Positions 48,417-56,307 of a stretch of DNA of 64,000 bases are shown piece by piece (position 1 is the stretch's first letter; each line of letters starts with the position of its first letter). Both the position numbers and the translations under genes were made by a program. The notes under the pieces are model-generated. The model was not told the DNA's origin, ran no database searches, and saw only the letters and a list, made by a program, of their open reading frames with translations. This stretch comes from Minisyncoccota bacterium (GTDB lineage: Bacteria; Patescibacteriota; Minisyncoccia; Phycocordibacterales; VMEP01): NCBI GenBank assembly GCA_041661305.1, contig JBAZUR010000001.1:234101-298100 (forward strand). The letters are read 5' to 3'.

Positions 48417-48456
48417 TTGTGCTATGATGTATCTCAATTAGTAATTTTCAAAAAAA

Positions 48457-49170
48457 ATGGAACATAAAAAAGAAAAAATTGAGTTATCAATACCTGGTGC
48501 CATCGTCTTAGCTGGTGTCATAATTGCGGGGGCTATTATCTTTAGTAATTCCTACAAATCTTCAGCGAACGAAGGGGTTAATTTGGGTCAAAACGCAGTT
48601 AATCCTGGGGCTCAACTTAAAGCTGTTCCTCCGATAGATGGAGATCATGTAAAGGGTGATCTTTCAAAAGCAGAAATTGTGCTTATTGAATATTCCGACC
48701 TTGAGTGTCCATTTTGTAAGCGCTTCCAGCCAACAGCAACACAAATTGTTGAACAATACGGAGGTAAGGTTGCTTTGATTTATCGCCATTTCCCCTTAGA
48801 CGCTCTACACAAAAAAGCACGAAAAGAAGCTGAAGCTTCTGAGTGTGCAGCGGAGCAAGGTGGTGACGTTGCGTTTTTCAAATACATTGAGCGCTTATAT
48901 GAAATAACACCAGCAAATGATGGTTTGGATCAAGCAGAACTTCCTAAAATTGCTGAAACTATAGGTCTTGATGTTGCTAAATTTAATGCTTGTCTTTCAA
49001 GTGGTAAATTCGCCACACTGGTTGAGGAGCAATTCCAGAGTGGAGTAAAAGCTGGCGTCACTGGAACCCCAACATCTTTTGTTCTAAACAAAAAAGGAAT
49101 ACAGGAATCAATTGTTGGTGCACAACCGATAGAAACAATCAAACAAACAATCGACAGATTGCTTAAGTAA
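48457..49170 (+). CDS. DsbA-family thioredoxin-fold oxidoreductase
   Basis: EYSDLECPFC, YRHFPL, GVTGTP, GAQP. Confidence 0.92.
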   Translation: MEHKKEKIELSIPGAIVLAGVIIAGAIIFSNSYKSSANEGVNLGQNAVNPGAQLKAVPPIDGDHVKGDLSKAEIVLIEYSDLECPFCKRFQPTATQIVEQYGGKVALIYRHFPLDALHKKARKEAEASECAAEQGGDVAFFKYIERLYEITPANDGLDQAELPKIAETIGLDVAKFNACLSSGKFATLVEEQFQSGVKAGVTGTPTSFVLNKKGIQESIVGAQPIETIKQTIDRLLK

Positions 49171-49218
49171 AAAAATTCAAACAACAAAAAACCAAGGGCG
49201 TTCCTTGGTTTTTTTTGT

Positions 49219-49512
49219 TTAGCTACTTAACCCCATCATTGTTTTCAATTCTTCAGATGGTTGCCATGCCGGCTCAAAAGTAATCTCCACGCGAGCTTCC
49301 CCGCTCTTTAGTGAATTAATCGCATTTTCTACAGACGCAATTAGCTCATCCGCAAAAGGACACATCGGTGATGTTAGTGTCATTAAAACCTCAACCGCCT
49401 CTTCGTCTATTTTTATTTCATAAATAAGTCCTAAGGTCCAAACATCAATTCCAAGCTCTGGATCTTTAACTGTCTTTAGTTTTTCGATAACCTGTTCTTT
49501 TGTAATTTGCAT
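49219..49512 (-). CDS. sufT: SufT/DUF59 Fe-S assembly protein
   Basis: DPELGIDV..LGLIY, MTLTSPMCP, FEPAW. Confidence 0.9.
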   Translation of the reverse strand: MQITKEQVIEKLKTVKDPELGIDVWTLGLIYEIKIDEEAVEVLMTLTSPMCPFADELIASVENAINSLKSGEARVEITFEPAWQPSEELKTMMGLSS

Positions 49513-49513
49513 A

Positions 49514-50245
49514 CTATTCAAATCCTTTCTCTTTAAGTTCTTTGATAATTTCAACTCCACCAGAGCGAACAATCTTCCCCTCCTTCATAACATAAACCAT
49601 GCTTGGTGTTATATATTCCAAAATATTTGGATGGTGAGTCACCAAAAGAAAACCTGTCCCTTTTTCGGCAAGTGTTTTTATCGCACTGAAAACTTTCTTC
49701 ATTGAGTCCATATCAACCCCTGAATCAATCTCATCAAGTAAGGCTATGCTTGGATTTAAAACAGCGAGCTGAAGCATTTCGCTTAATTTTTTTTCACCAC
49801 CAGAAAGACCTTTGTTTACCGAGCGTTTCAAAAATTCTTCAGGAACACCAATCTCTCGCGCAGTGTTCACCGCTTCTTTGTAAAAATCGAGGGTATTTTT
49901 TTCTTCACCAACTAAATCTTTTCTAGCTTGATAGAGAAAACTAGCCAACGGAACACCAGAGATTTCTGGCAAATGTTGCATTGAAAGAAACAAACCTTGT
50001 TTGGCTTTTTTCTCTGGGTTGAAGGCGGTTATATCCTCTCCGTTTAGGTTGATACTTCCAGCAGTTATTTCGTATTTAGGATGACCCATAACAGCATTGA
50101 GAACACTTGATTTACCGGAACCGTTCGGACCCATGAGTACTGCAATATCCCCTCCGCCAACTGAGATTGAGATGTCTGTTGCAACAACCTTGCCTTCCCT
50201 TGTCGCAACGCTTAGGTCTTTTATTTCTAGATTTTTACTTACCAT
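49514..50245 (-). CDS. sufC: Fe-S assembly ATPase SufC
   Basis: MGPNGSGKS, GHPKYE, GLSGGEKK, LDEIDSGVD. Confidence 0.93.
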   Translation of the reverse strand: MVSKNLEIKDLSVATREGKVVATDISISVGGGDIAVLMGPNGSGKSSVLNAVMGHPKYEITAGSINLNGEDITAFNPEKKAKQGLFLSMQHLPEISGVPLASFLYQARKDLVGEEKNTLDFYKEAVNTAREIGVPEEFLKRSVNKGLSGGEKKLSEMLQLAVLNPSIALLDEIDSGVDMDSMKKVFSAIKTLAEKGTGFLLVTHHPNILEYITPSMVYVMKEGKIVRSGGVEIIKELKEKGFE

Positions 50246-50621
50246 ATTTTGTAATACCGTCTGATAATGCCTCATATGCCAAAAGAGCGCAACGAGTTCG
50301 CGTGTGACTTATCTGCACACCCAAAAGAGAGTACATAACGCCAGGGGCAAGAAGTTTTGCTTCGGAAAGTTTCATCCCCTTAAGCTTCTCTGTAAAAAGA
50401 GATGCGCCAGCCAAACTTATTGCACAACCGTCACCTTGGAACTTCACCTCTTCAATTGTTTCCCCGTCATCCCCTAAGCGAACAGAAAAAATAAGGTTAT
50501 CTCCGCAATTAGCATTTTTCCCAACACCTGCAAATGTAGCGTCAGAAAGAGCGCCACGATTATGTGGGTGGCGATAATGCTCCATTATATTTTCTCGGTA
50601 AAGTTCTTCTTCGAAGCTCAT
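50235..50621 (-). CDS. sufU: SufU/NifU-like scaffold
   Basis: IMEHYRHPHNRG, NCGD, GCAIS, RCALL. Confidence 0.9.
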   Translation of the reverse strand: MSFEEELYRENIMEHYRHPHNRGALSDATFAGVGKNANCGDNLIFSVRLGDDGETIEEVKFQGDGCAISLAGASLFTEKLKGMKLSEAKLLAPGVMYSLLGVQISHTRTRCALLAYEALSDGITKYGK

Positions 50622-50622
50622 G

Positions 50623-51846
50623 TTATTTTTTGAAAAATTCCTGCGCTTTTTTAACGCTCGCTATTAAGGCGTCTATATCTTCCTTTGTATTATAAAGATA
50701 AATGCTCGCTCGCACAGTCGCAGGCACCCCGAGAGCTCGCACAAAAGGTAAAGCACAGTGATGCCCACCACGTACCGCAACGTTGTCTCTACTCAAAAAT
50801 TCAATTACGTCGTGTGGGTGAATATCCAAAAGAGTAAAAGAAACTGTCCCAACATTCTCCTTTACATTTCTCTCGGAAAAAATATTAACCCCAGAAATTT
50901 CTCCAAGTTTCTCAATTAAATAAGAAGTTAATTCTTCTGTATGTGTTTTTATATTCTCAACCCCAACTTCTGTTAAATACTTCACAGCCTCAGCCATACC
51001 AATAGCTCCAGAAATATTTGGTGTCCCCGCTTCAAACTTTTCAGGACTTGAGACGAATTGCGCCTCGCTCAAATTCACATCAGTGACAATTCCACCACCA
51101 AAAAATGACGGGGTTAACTTCTCCCCAAGTTCACTTTTTAGATAAAGGGCGCCAATTCCTGTTGGTCCGCACATTTTGTGTCCTGAGAAAAACAAAGCGT
51201 CACAATCAAGCTCTTTTACAGAAACGGGCATGTGCCCAACAGCTGCAGTAGCGTCAACAACAACCAATGCTCCAACTTTGTGGGCGATATCAGCGATGCG
51301 CCGAACGTCGTTCACGACACCAGTTATGTTGCTTGCTAGTGTAATTCCAACAATTTTTGTCTTCTCCGTAATAAGCGCTTCTGCCGATTTATAATCAAGC
51401 TTAAAATTCTCATTAATATTTATATATTTCAAATTAAGTTTCTGGCGCTTTGCAAGTTCTTGTAGCGGCAGAAGCATTGCGTGATGCTCCATAATAGAAA
51501 CAACAATCTCGTCGCCTTCTTTTAAGTCGAGAGATTGCTCGAGCGTGTACGCCAACATATTTGCTGACCCTGTTGCACCAGCGGTAAAAATAATTTCATT
51601 TTTATTGGCGCCAATAAACTTGGCAACAATTTCGCGCGCGCTTTCATATGACTCACTAGCCTTCTCGCTAAGAGCGTATGCGCCACGATGAACATTACTC
51701 CTAAAACCACGGTAGTATTCATCCATTGCAGAAATTACACACTCTGGAGTTTGTGAGGATGCGGCTGAGTCTAGATAGTGCAAAGTTGCCCCGTCCGGGG
51801 TTTCAAAAATTGGAAAATTCTCTTTTATTTTCTTCACATCAAACAT
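50623..51846 (-). CDS. sufS: Cysteine desulfurase SufS
   Basis: YLDSAASSQ, EHHA, SGHKMCGP, EAGTP, RGGHHCA. Confidence 0.95.
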   Translation of the reverse strand: MFDVKKIKENFPIFETPDGATLHYLDSAASSQTPECVISAMDEYYRGFRSNVHRGAYALSEKASESYESAREIVAKFIGANKNEIIFTAGATGSANMLAYTLEQSLDLKEGDEIVVSIMEHHAMLLPLQELAKRQKLNLKYININENFKLDYKSAEALITEKTKIVGITLASNITGVVNDVRRIADIAHKVGALVVVDATAAVGHMPVSVKELDCDALFFSGHKMCGPTGIGALYLKSELGEKLTPSFFGGGIVTDVNLSEAQFVSSPEKFEAGTPNISGAIGMAEAVKYLTEVGVENIKTHTEELTSYLIEKLGEISGVNIFSERNVKENVGTVSFTLLDIHPHDVIEFLSRDNVAVRGGHHCALPFVRALGVPATVRASIYLYNTKEDIDALIASVKKAQEFFKK

Positions 51847-51956
51847 AAATATCGGGCAATTATGACATATTTTGTTGTTGTTGACAACTCACTCATATTG
51901 CGGTTAAATCAGTGAAGTTCGCTAGTCCTATCAACAAAACAGAGGAGTTCTCGTTA

Positions 51957-52175
51957 ATGGAAAAACATTTCGTCGCATACGTCATCAGCCGTCACGGCCA
52001 ACAGCCGTATGCAGTTAACAGGATGATCTATCGCAAATCGCGTATTGTCATCCAGTCGATGGCCGATGTCAAAAAACTGGAAAAAGAACTGTACGAATCC
52101 CACTTCAGGGGGCACAAGAAATACGCCGGCGACTGCTGTACTCTCGTCTCTATCCAGCCGATGCCAATCAAATAA
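51957..52175 (+). CDS. Orphan 72-aa protein (SD-led cassette) inside the suf cluster, opposite strand
   Basis: TTGACA at 51881; leader GTCCTATCAACAAAACAGAGGAG; terminator AAGCCCCC-AACTC-GGGGGCTTTT. Confidence 0.65.
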   Translation: MEKHFVAYVISRHGQQPYAVNRMIYRKSRIVIQSMADVKKLEKELYESHFRGHKKYAGDCCTLVSIQPMPIK

Positions 52176-52220
52176 CGGCCTTAACGGCCGACACACCAAA
52201 AGCCCCCAACTCGGGGGCTT

Positions 52221-52904
52221 TTATAATACTTCTAAAAATCCAGAGACTAAAAGTTCTTGCGCTTTGTTTTCTTCTAGCCCGCGAGACATCGGATAAAAAA
52301 GTTCATCACCTGAAATATCTTTTATTGAGAGTGAGTGTGAACATCGAACATCGTTACTTGCAATATCAAGGGATGGAATAGCGTCCACTCGCGCTTCGGG
52401 AGACAAGATTAAAAATGAAGCCGATTCTTCCCCCACCGCTTTCACTTCTTTTGCCATCGCAATATCACTCCTATATATGACGTGCGCTGTGTCTTTAAGC
52501 ACACCCTTCACTTCAATTTTTGAAACAGTTTCGGAAGCTTCGTGGTAAACCTTGTGATAGACATCAACTTCTGAATCGCCAGATAAATCATAACGGCTCG
52601 TTATCGAAGCGCTTGCGCCACGACCCGCCAAAATAATATGAATGTCATTTTTTCCTTTTGCTTTCCCTTCACACGATTCACGATATTCAAACGTTGCTCC
52701 TTCCTCTACGTGAACAACAATAAGTCTTGATTTAGACAAATCATTTTCCAAAACTTTTCTTTCTCCCTGAGCAACTTCAATCACCTCTCCACCTTTTTGA
52801 ACAATAGACAAAAATTCCTCCGAAAAAGAAGATGCGATTTTGAGTCCATATTTAAAAGCATTCGGACCGGCATAAGTATATAAAATTTCTTTAGTATTTT
52901 TCAT
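52221..52904 (-). CDS. sufD: SufD-like protein (shortened)
   Basis: KGVLKD, DAIPSLDI..NDV.CSHS, FYPMSRG. Confidence 0.8.
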   Translation of the reverse strand: MKNTKEILYTYAGPNAFKYGLKIASSFSEEFLSIVQKGGEVIEVAQGERKVLENDLSKSRLIVVHVEEGATFEYRESCEGKAKGKNDIHIILAGRGASASITSRYDLSGDSEVDVYHKVYHEASETVSKIEVKGVLKDTAHVIYRSDIAMAKEVKAVGEESASFLILSPEARVDAIPSLDIASNDVRCSHSLSIKDISGDELFYPMSRGLEENKAQELLVSGFLEVL

Positions 52905-52908
52905 ATCT

Positions 52909-54258
52909 TTATCCAACACTACCTTCCATCTCAAGCTCAATCAACTTATTTAGTTCAATTGCGTATTCAAGTGGCATGGCTTTAACAATTGGCTCTAGAA
53001 ACCCACCAACAATAAGGCGCTCCGCTTCCCTTTCGGAAAATCCACGTGAGCGGAGATAAAAAACTTCATCATCACCAAGCCGTCCAACCTTTGCTTCGTG
53101 AGAAATATTAACCCTCTTGTTATCGTTCTTTGTAGACGGGTAAGTATTTGAAACTGATTTGTCGTCTAAAATTAAAGCATCGCAAACAACAGAAGAGACT
53201 GCTCCAGTTGCTCGCTTTCCTATTTGTACAAAACCGCGATAAGTAGAGATGCCACCATCTTTAGAAACTGATTTTGAGCGAATTGTAGAAACAGTATCCG
53301 GCGCCAAGTGTAGAGCTTTTGCTCCAGTGTCCTGATTCTGCCCTTCCCCCGCGAGAACTATCCCTAAACTATCGGCCTTGGCTCCACGCCCCAAAAGTAC
53401 TGACGATGGATAAAGCATAGTCACACAAGAACCCATATTGCCGTTGACCCACTGCATCTCACCATCTTCATAAACCATCGCCTTCTTTGTATTCAAGTTG
53501 TAGGTATTACGTGACCAATTTTCAATACTTAGATATTTTACTTTCGCTCCTTTCAGCACAAAAACCTCCACACAACCAGCATGAAGTGACGAGGATGTAT
53601 ATCGTGGCGCAGAACATCCTTCAATATATTCAATCTCCGAACCTTCATCAGCAATAATTAGAGTGTGTTCAAACTGCCCCGATGACGAGCGATTCATTCT
53701 AAAATAAGCTTGCAATGGCAATCCAACTTTTACCCCTTTAGGAACGTAAATAAAAGTGCCACCACTCCAAGCTGCGCCATGTAGCATTGTGAATTTGTGG
53801 TCAGAGGATGGAACGCAGTCGGTCATAAAATATTTTTCCACAAGCTCTGGATATTTTTGCACTGCCACATCCATGTTTTCAAAAATTACTCCTTTATCGG
53901 CGAGTGACTTTTGCAAATTGTGATAAACAATTCCTGAGTCGTATTGTGCACCCACTCCACCTAAATATTCTCTTTCTGCCTTTGGAATACCAAGTTTTTC
54001 GAAAGTATCCGTGATTTCTTTTGGAAGCTCTTTCCAGTCTGTTTTCTCTTCAACGGCTGGATCAACATAGTAGACCAAGTCGTCCAAATTGAGCTGAGAG
54101 AGCGACGGCCCCCAGTCTGGTATCTTTGTCTTCTCCCACAGAGAAAAGGCCTCCAAGCGCTTTTTTAGCATCCAGGCGGGTTCTTTTTTGCTCTCTGAAA
54201 TATGGCGCACCAAAGACTCAGAAAGACCCATATTTACTGTTTTCTCCTCTATTGACAT
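52909..54258 (-). CDS. sufB: Fe-S assembly protein SufB
   Basis: AQYDS, WSGGTFIYVP, GQFEHTLI, YIEGCSAP, SHEAKVG, LEMEGSVG. Confidence 0.96.
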   Translation of the reverse strand: MSIEEKTVNMGLSESLVRHISESKKEPAWMLKKRLEAFSLWEKTKIPDWGPSLSQLNLDDLVYYVDPAVEEKTDWKELPKEITDTFEKLGIPKAEREYLGGVGAQYDSGIVYHNLQKSLADKGVIFENMDVAVQKYPELVEKYFMTDCVPSSDHKFTMLHGAAWSGGTFIYVPKGVKVGLPLQAYFRMNRSSSGQFEHTLIIADEGSEIEYIEGCSAPRYTSSSLHAGCVEVFVLKGAKVKYLSIENWSRNTYNLNTKKAMVYEDGEMQWVNGNMGSCVTMLYPSSVLLGRGAKADSLGIVLAGEGQNQDTGAKALHLAPDTVSTIRSKSVSKDGGISTYRGFVQIGKRATGAVSSVVCDALILDDKSVSNTYPSTKNDNKRVNISHEAKVGRLGDDEVFYLRSRGFSEREAERLIVGGFLEPIVKAMPLEYAIELNKLIELEMEGSVG

Positions 54259-54332
54259 AGAGATGAATTATATTGTAATATCACGCCAGTTGCAAATCCA
54301 ATTAAATTTAAACAAAAAAGAGGAGGGTTGCC

Positions 54333-54575
54333 GTGAGTGCTGACTTCAACGCAAATGCCATACTGAAAGGCAACGAAGACTTCGTCGCTTTTCTCCATGA
54401 ACGTGCAAGGTGGGAAAACATCCCCGCAACCTGCGACAAGAAGTGGCTTGCAGGTTTTTGGCAAAATAACAGGGGTTTGCTTTCACACCTCTTCGTTATG
54501 GAAACCGGCAAGGTGCTCTTCGTTCCAAACGATACTGCTTTCTTCCAGCAAGCCGCCGAAGCCTATCAAGGCTAG
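54333..54575 (+). CDS. Orphan 80-aa protein, tandem paralogue 1
   Basis: GAGGAGG SD, GTG start; 35/80 aa identical to 54700-54942. Confidence 0.75.
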   Translation: MSADFNANAILKGNEDFVAFLHERARWENIPATCDKKWLAGFWQNNRGLLSHLFVMETGKVLFVPNDTAFFQQAAEAYQG

Positions 54576-54990
54576 CTCTCTTCCGTCCCAACCAAAAACC
54601 CCGCATCACGCGGGGCTTTTTAACATATTAACGTTTTCGAAAAACATGATAGTATCAACGCAGTTGCAACTTTAACTCAACCAATCACCGGAGGGCGAAA
54701 TGAACACCAGTGAAATCAAAAAGGACGCAATTAAGGGCAATGAAGAATTTGTTGCGTTCTTGCACCAACACGCGAAACAGGCGAAAATTCCCAGCAGTTG
54801 CGACAAGGCATGGCTGGCGAGTGTATGGCAACGAAACAAGGTTGTTTTCATGTTTCATTTCGCTGTACAAAAAGGGGAATCAGGCTCAACCCCGCCCACT
54901 GATGAATTTCTCAGGCAGGCCGCCGAAGCCTATCAAGGCTAGTTCTCTTCCGTCCCAACCAAAAACCCCGCATCGCGCGGGGCTTTTTAA
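54552..54990 (+). repeat. 72-nt direct repeat (54552-54623 and 54919-54990) spanning last codons, 3' UTR and terminator
   Basis: 70/72 identical, period 367 bp. Confidence 0.92.
54700..54942 (+). CDS. Orphan 80-aa protein, tandem paralogue 2
   Basis: GGAGG SD; shared KGNE.FVAFLH, CDK.WLA..WQ, QAAEAYQG. Confidence 0.75.
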   Translation: MNTSEIKKDAIKGNEEFVAFLHQHAKQAKIPSSCDKAWLASVWQRNKVVFMFHFAVQKGESGSTPPTDEFLRQAAEAYQG

Positions 54991-55027
54991 TTTTCTAAAA
55001 GCTATCTGCCTAAAAACTAAAAGCTTC

Positions 55028-56284
55028 TTAATAATTTCTTAACCTATCTGCCTTCTCGTGTTGGCGGATTTTTTCGTGTACTTTAGCTTCAATCTGGCGA
55101 ATACGTTCACGTGTCACACCGAACTCCTGTCCCACCTCTTCAAGTGTATGCATTACTCCATCAACAAGACCATGTCTCATTTCAAGAATTTTTCTTTCCT
55201 TTGGAGAAAGATCATTTAAAATTTCTTTAACCTGATCAGAAAGAATACGGCGCGAAGATTCCTGCGCTGGAGAAAGAATAGTCTCATCAGCAATAAATTC
55301 ACCGAGAGTTGATTTGTCTTCATCATCACCGATTGGTTTTTCAAGGGAGACTGTATCTTGATTGATATTTTCAATCATGTGGATTTTTTCTACATCGATT
55401 CCCATTTCAGTTGCAATCTCTTCTGGTAATGGGTCACGTCCCAAATCTTGAGACAAACGTCGTGATACTTGTTTGTATTTAGCGATTGTTTCCACCATGT
55501 GCACAGGAATACGAATTGTTCTTGATTGATCAGCAAGAGCGCGTGTAATAGCCTGGCGAATCCACCATGTTGCATAGGTTGAAAACTTAAATCCTTTGGT
55601 CCAATCGAACTTATCAACCGCTTTATGTAAACCAAGATTTCCTTCCTGAATAAGATCGAGGAGTGTTAAGTCTGAGCTACGTCCAACGAATTTCTTTGCA
55701 ATAGAAACAACGAGGCGAAGGTTGGCGCGCCAGAGCAAATCTCTCGCTTCTTTATCCCCTTTTTCAATACGGCGGGCATACTCCTTTTCCTCATTTGCAG
55801 AAAGAAGCGGGTATTGTCCAATCTCTCTAAGATACATTTGAATAGCGTCGTACGAAGATGATTCACGGCCATAACCTCTTTTCTCTAAAATCTCTTTGGC
55901 ATCAACATCAAGTAAATTTCCACCCTCAAGAACGTCTATGCCAGCACTACCAAAGCGTTCGTAAAGTTCATCCAAAAATAAAATATTATTTTCAACGTTT
56001 GGGAATTCTTTTAAAATTTCATCATAGGTGATGAAACCACGCTTTTTACCCTTAGCGATAAGGATATCTGCTTTATCAACCAACAAATCATGCTTTGTTT
56101 TCTTTACTGGTTTTGCTGGTTTAGCCGGCTTCTTAGCCTTCACAGGTTTTTTTACAGCCACTTTCTTTACCTTCTTTGCAGGTACTTTCTTTTTTGGAGC
56201 AACCTTTTTAGCCACCTTTTTCTTAGCTGGTTTCTTCACCTTTTTTGGTGCTACTTTTGTTTTTTTGGCTTTTGCTTTTGGCAT
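55028..56284 (-). CDS. rpoD: Primary sigma factor with Lys/Ala/Pro-rich N-terminal tail
   Basis: [46 protein letters not shown]; downstream of dnaG. Confidence 0.96.
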   Translation of the reverse strand: MPKAKAKKTKVAPKKVKKPAKKKVAKKVAPKKKVPAKKVKKVAVKKPVKAKKPAKPAKPVKKTKHDLLVDKADILIAKGKKRGFITYDEILKEFPNVENNILFLDELYERFGSAGIDVLEGGNLLDVDAKEILEKRGYGRESSSYDAIQMYLREIGQYPLLSANEEKEYARRIEKGDKEARDLLWRANLRLVVSIAKKFVGRSSDLTLLDLIQEGNLGLHKAVDKFDWTKGFKFSTYATWWIRQAITRALADQSRTIRIPVHMVETIAKYKQVSRRLSQDLGRDPLPEEIATEMGIDVEKIHMIENINQDTVSLEKPIGDDEDKSTLGEFIADETILSPAQESSRRILSDQVKEILNDLSPKERKILEMRHGLVDGVMHTLEEVGQEFGVTRERIRQIEAKVHEKIRQHEKADRLRNY

Positions 56285-56307
56285 ATTTTTAAAATTATAA
56301 AATTAAA

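Noticed and set aside
54333-54942. Diversity-generating retroelement TR/VR pair
   Set aside because: Differences are not restricted to adenines (many C/T and T/G synonymous changes), both copies are intact genes, and no reverse transcriptase is in the window
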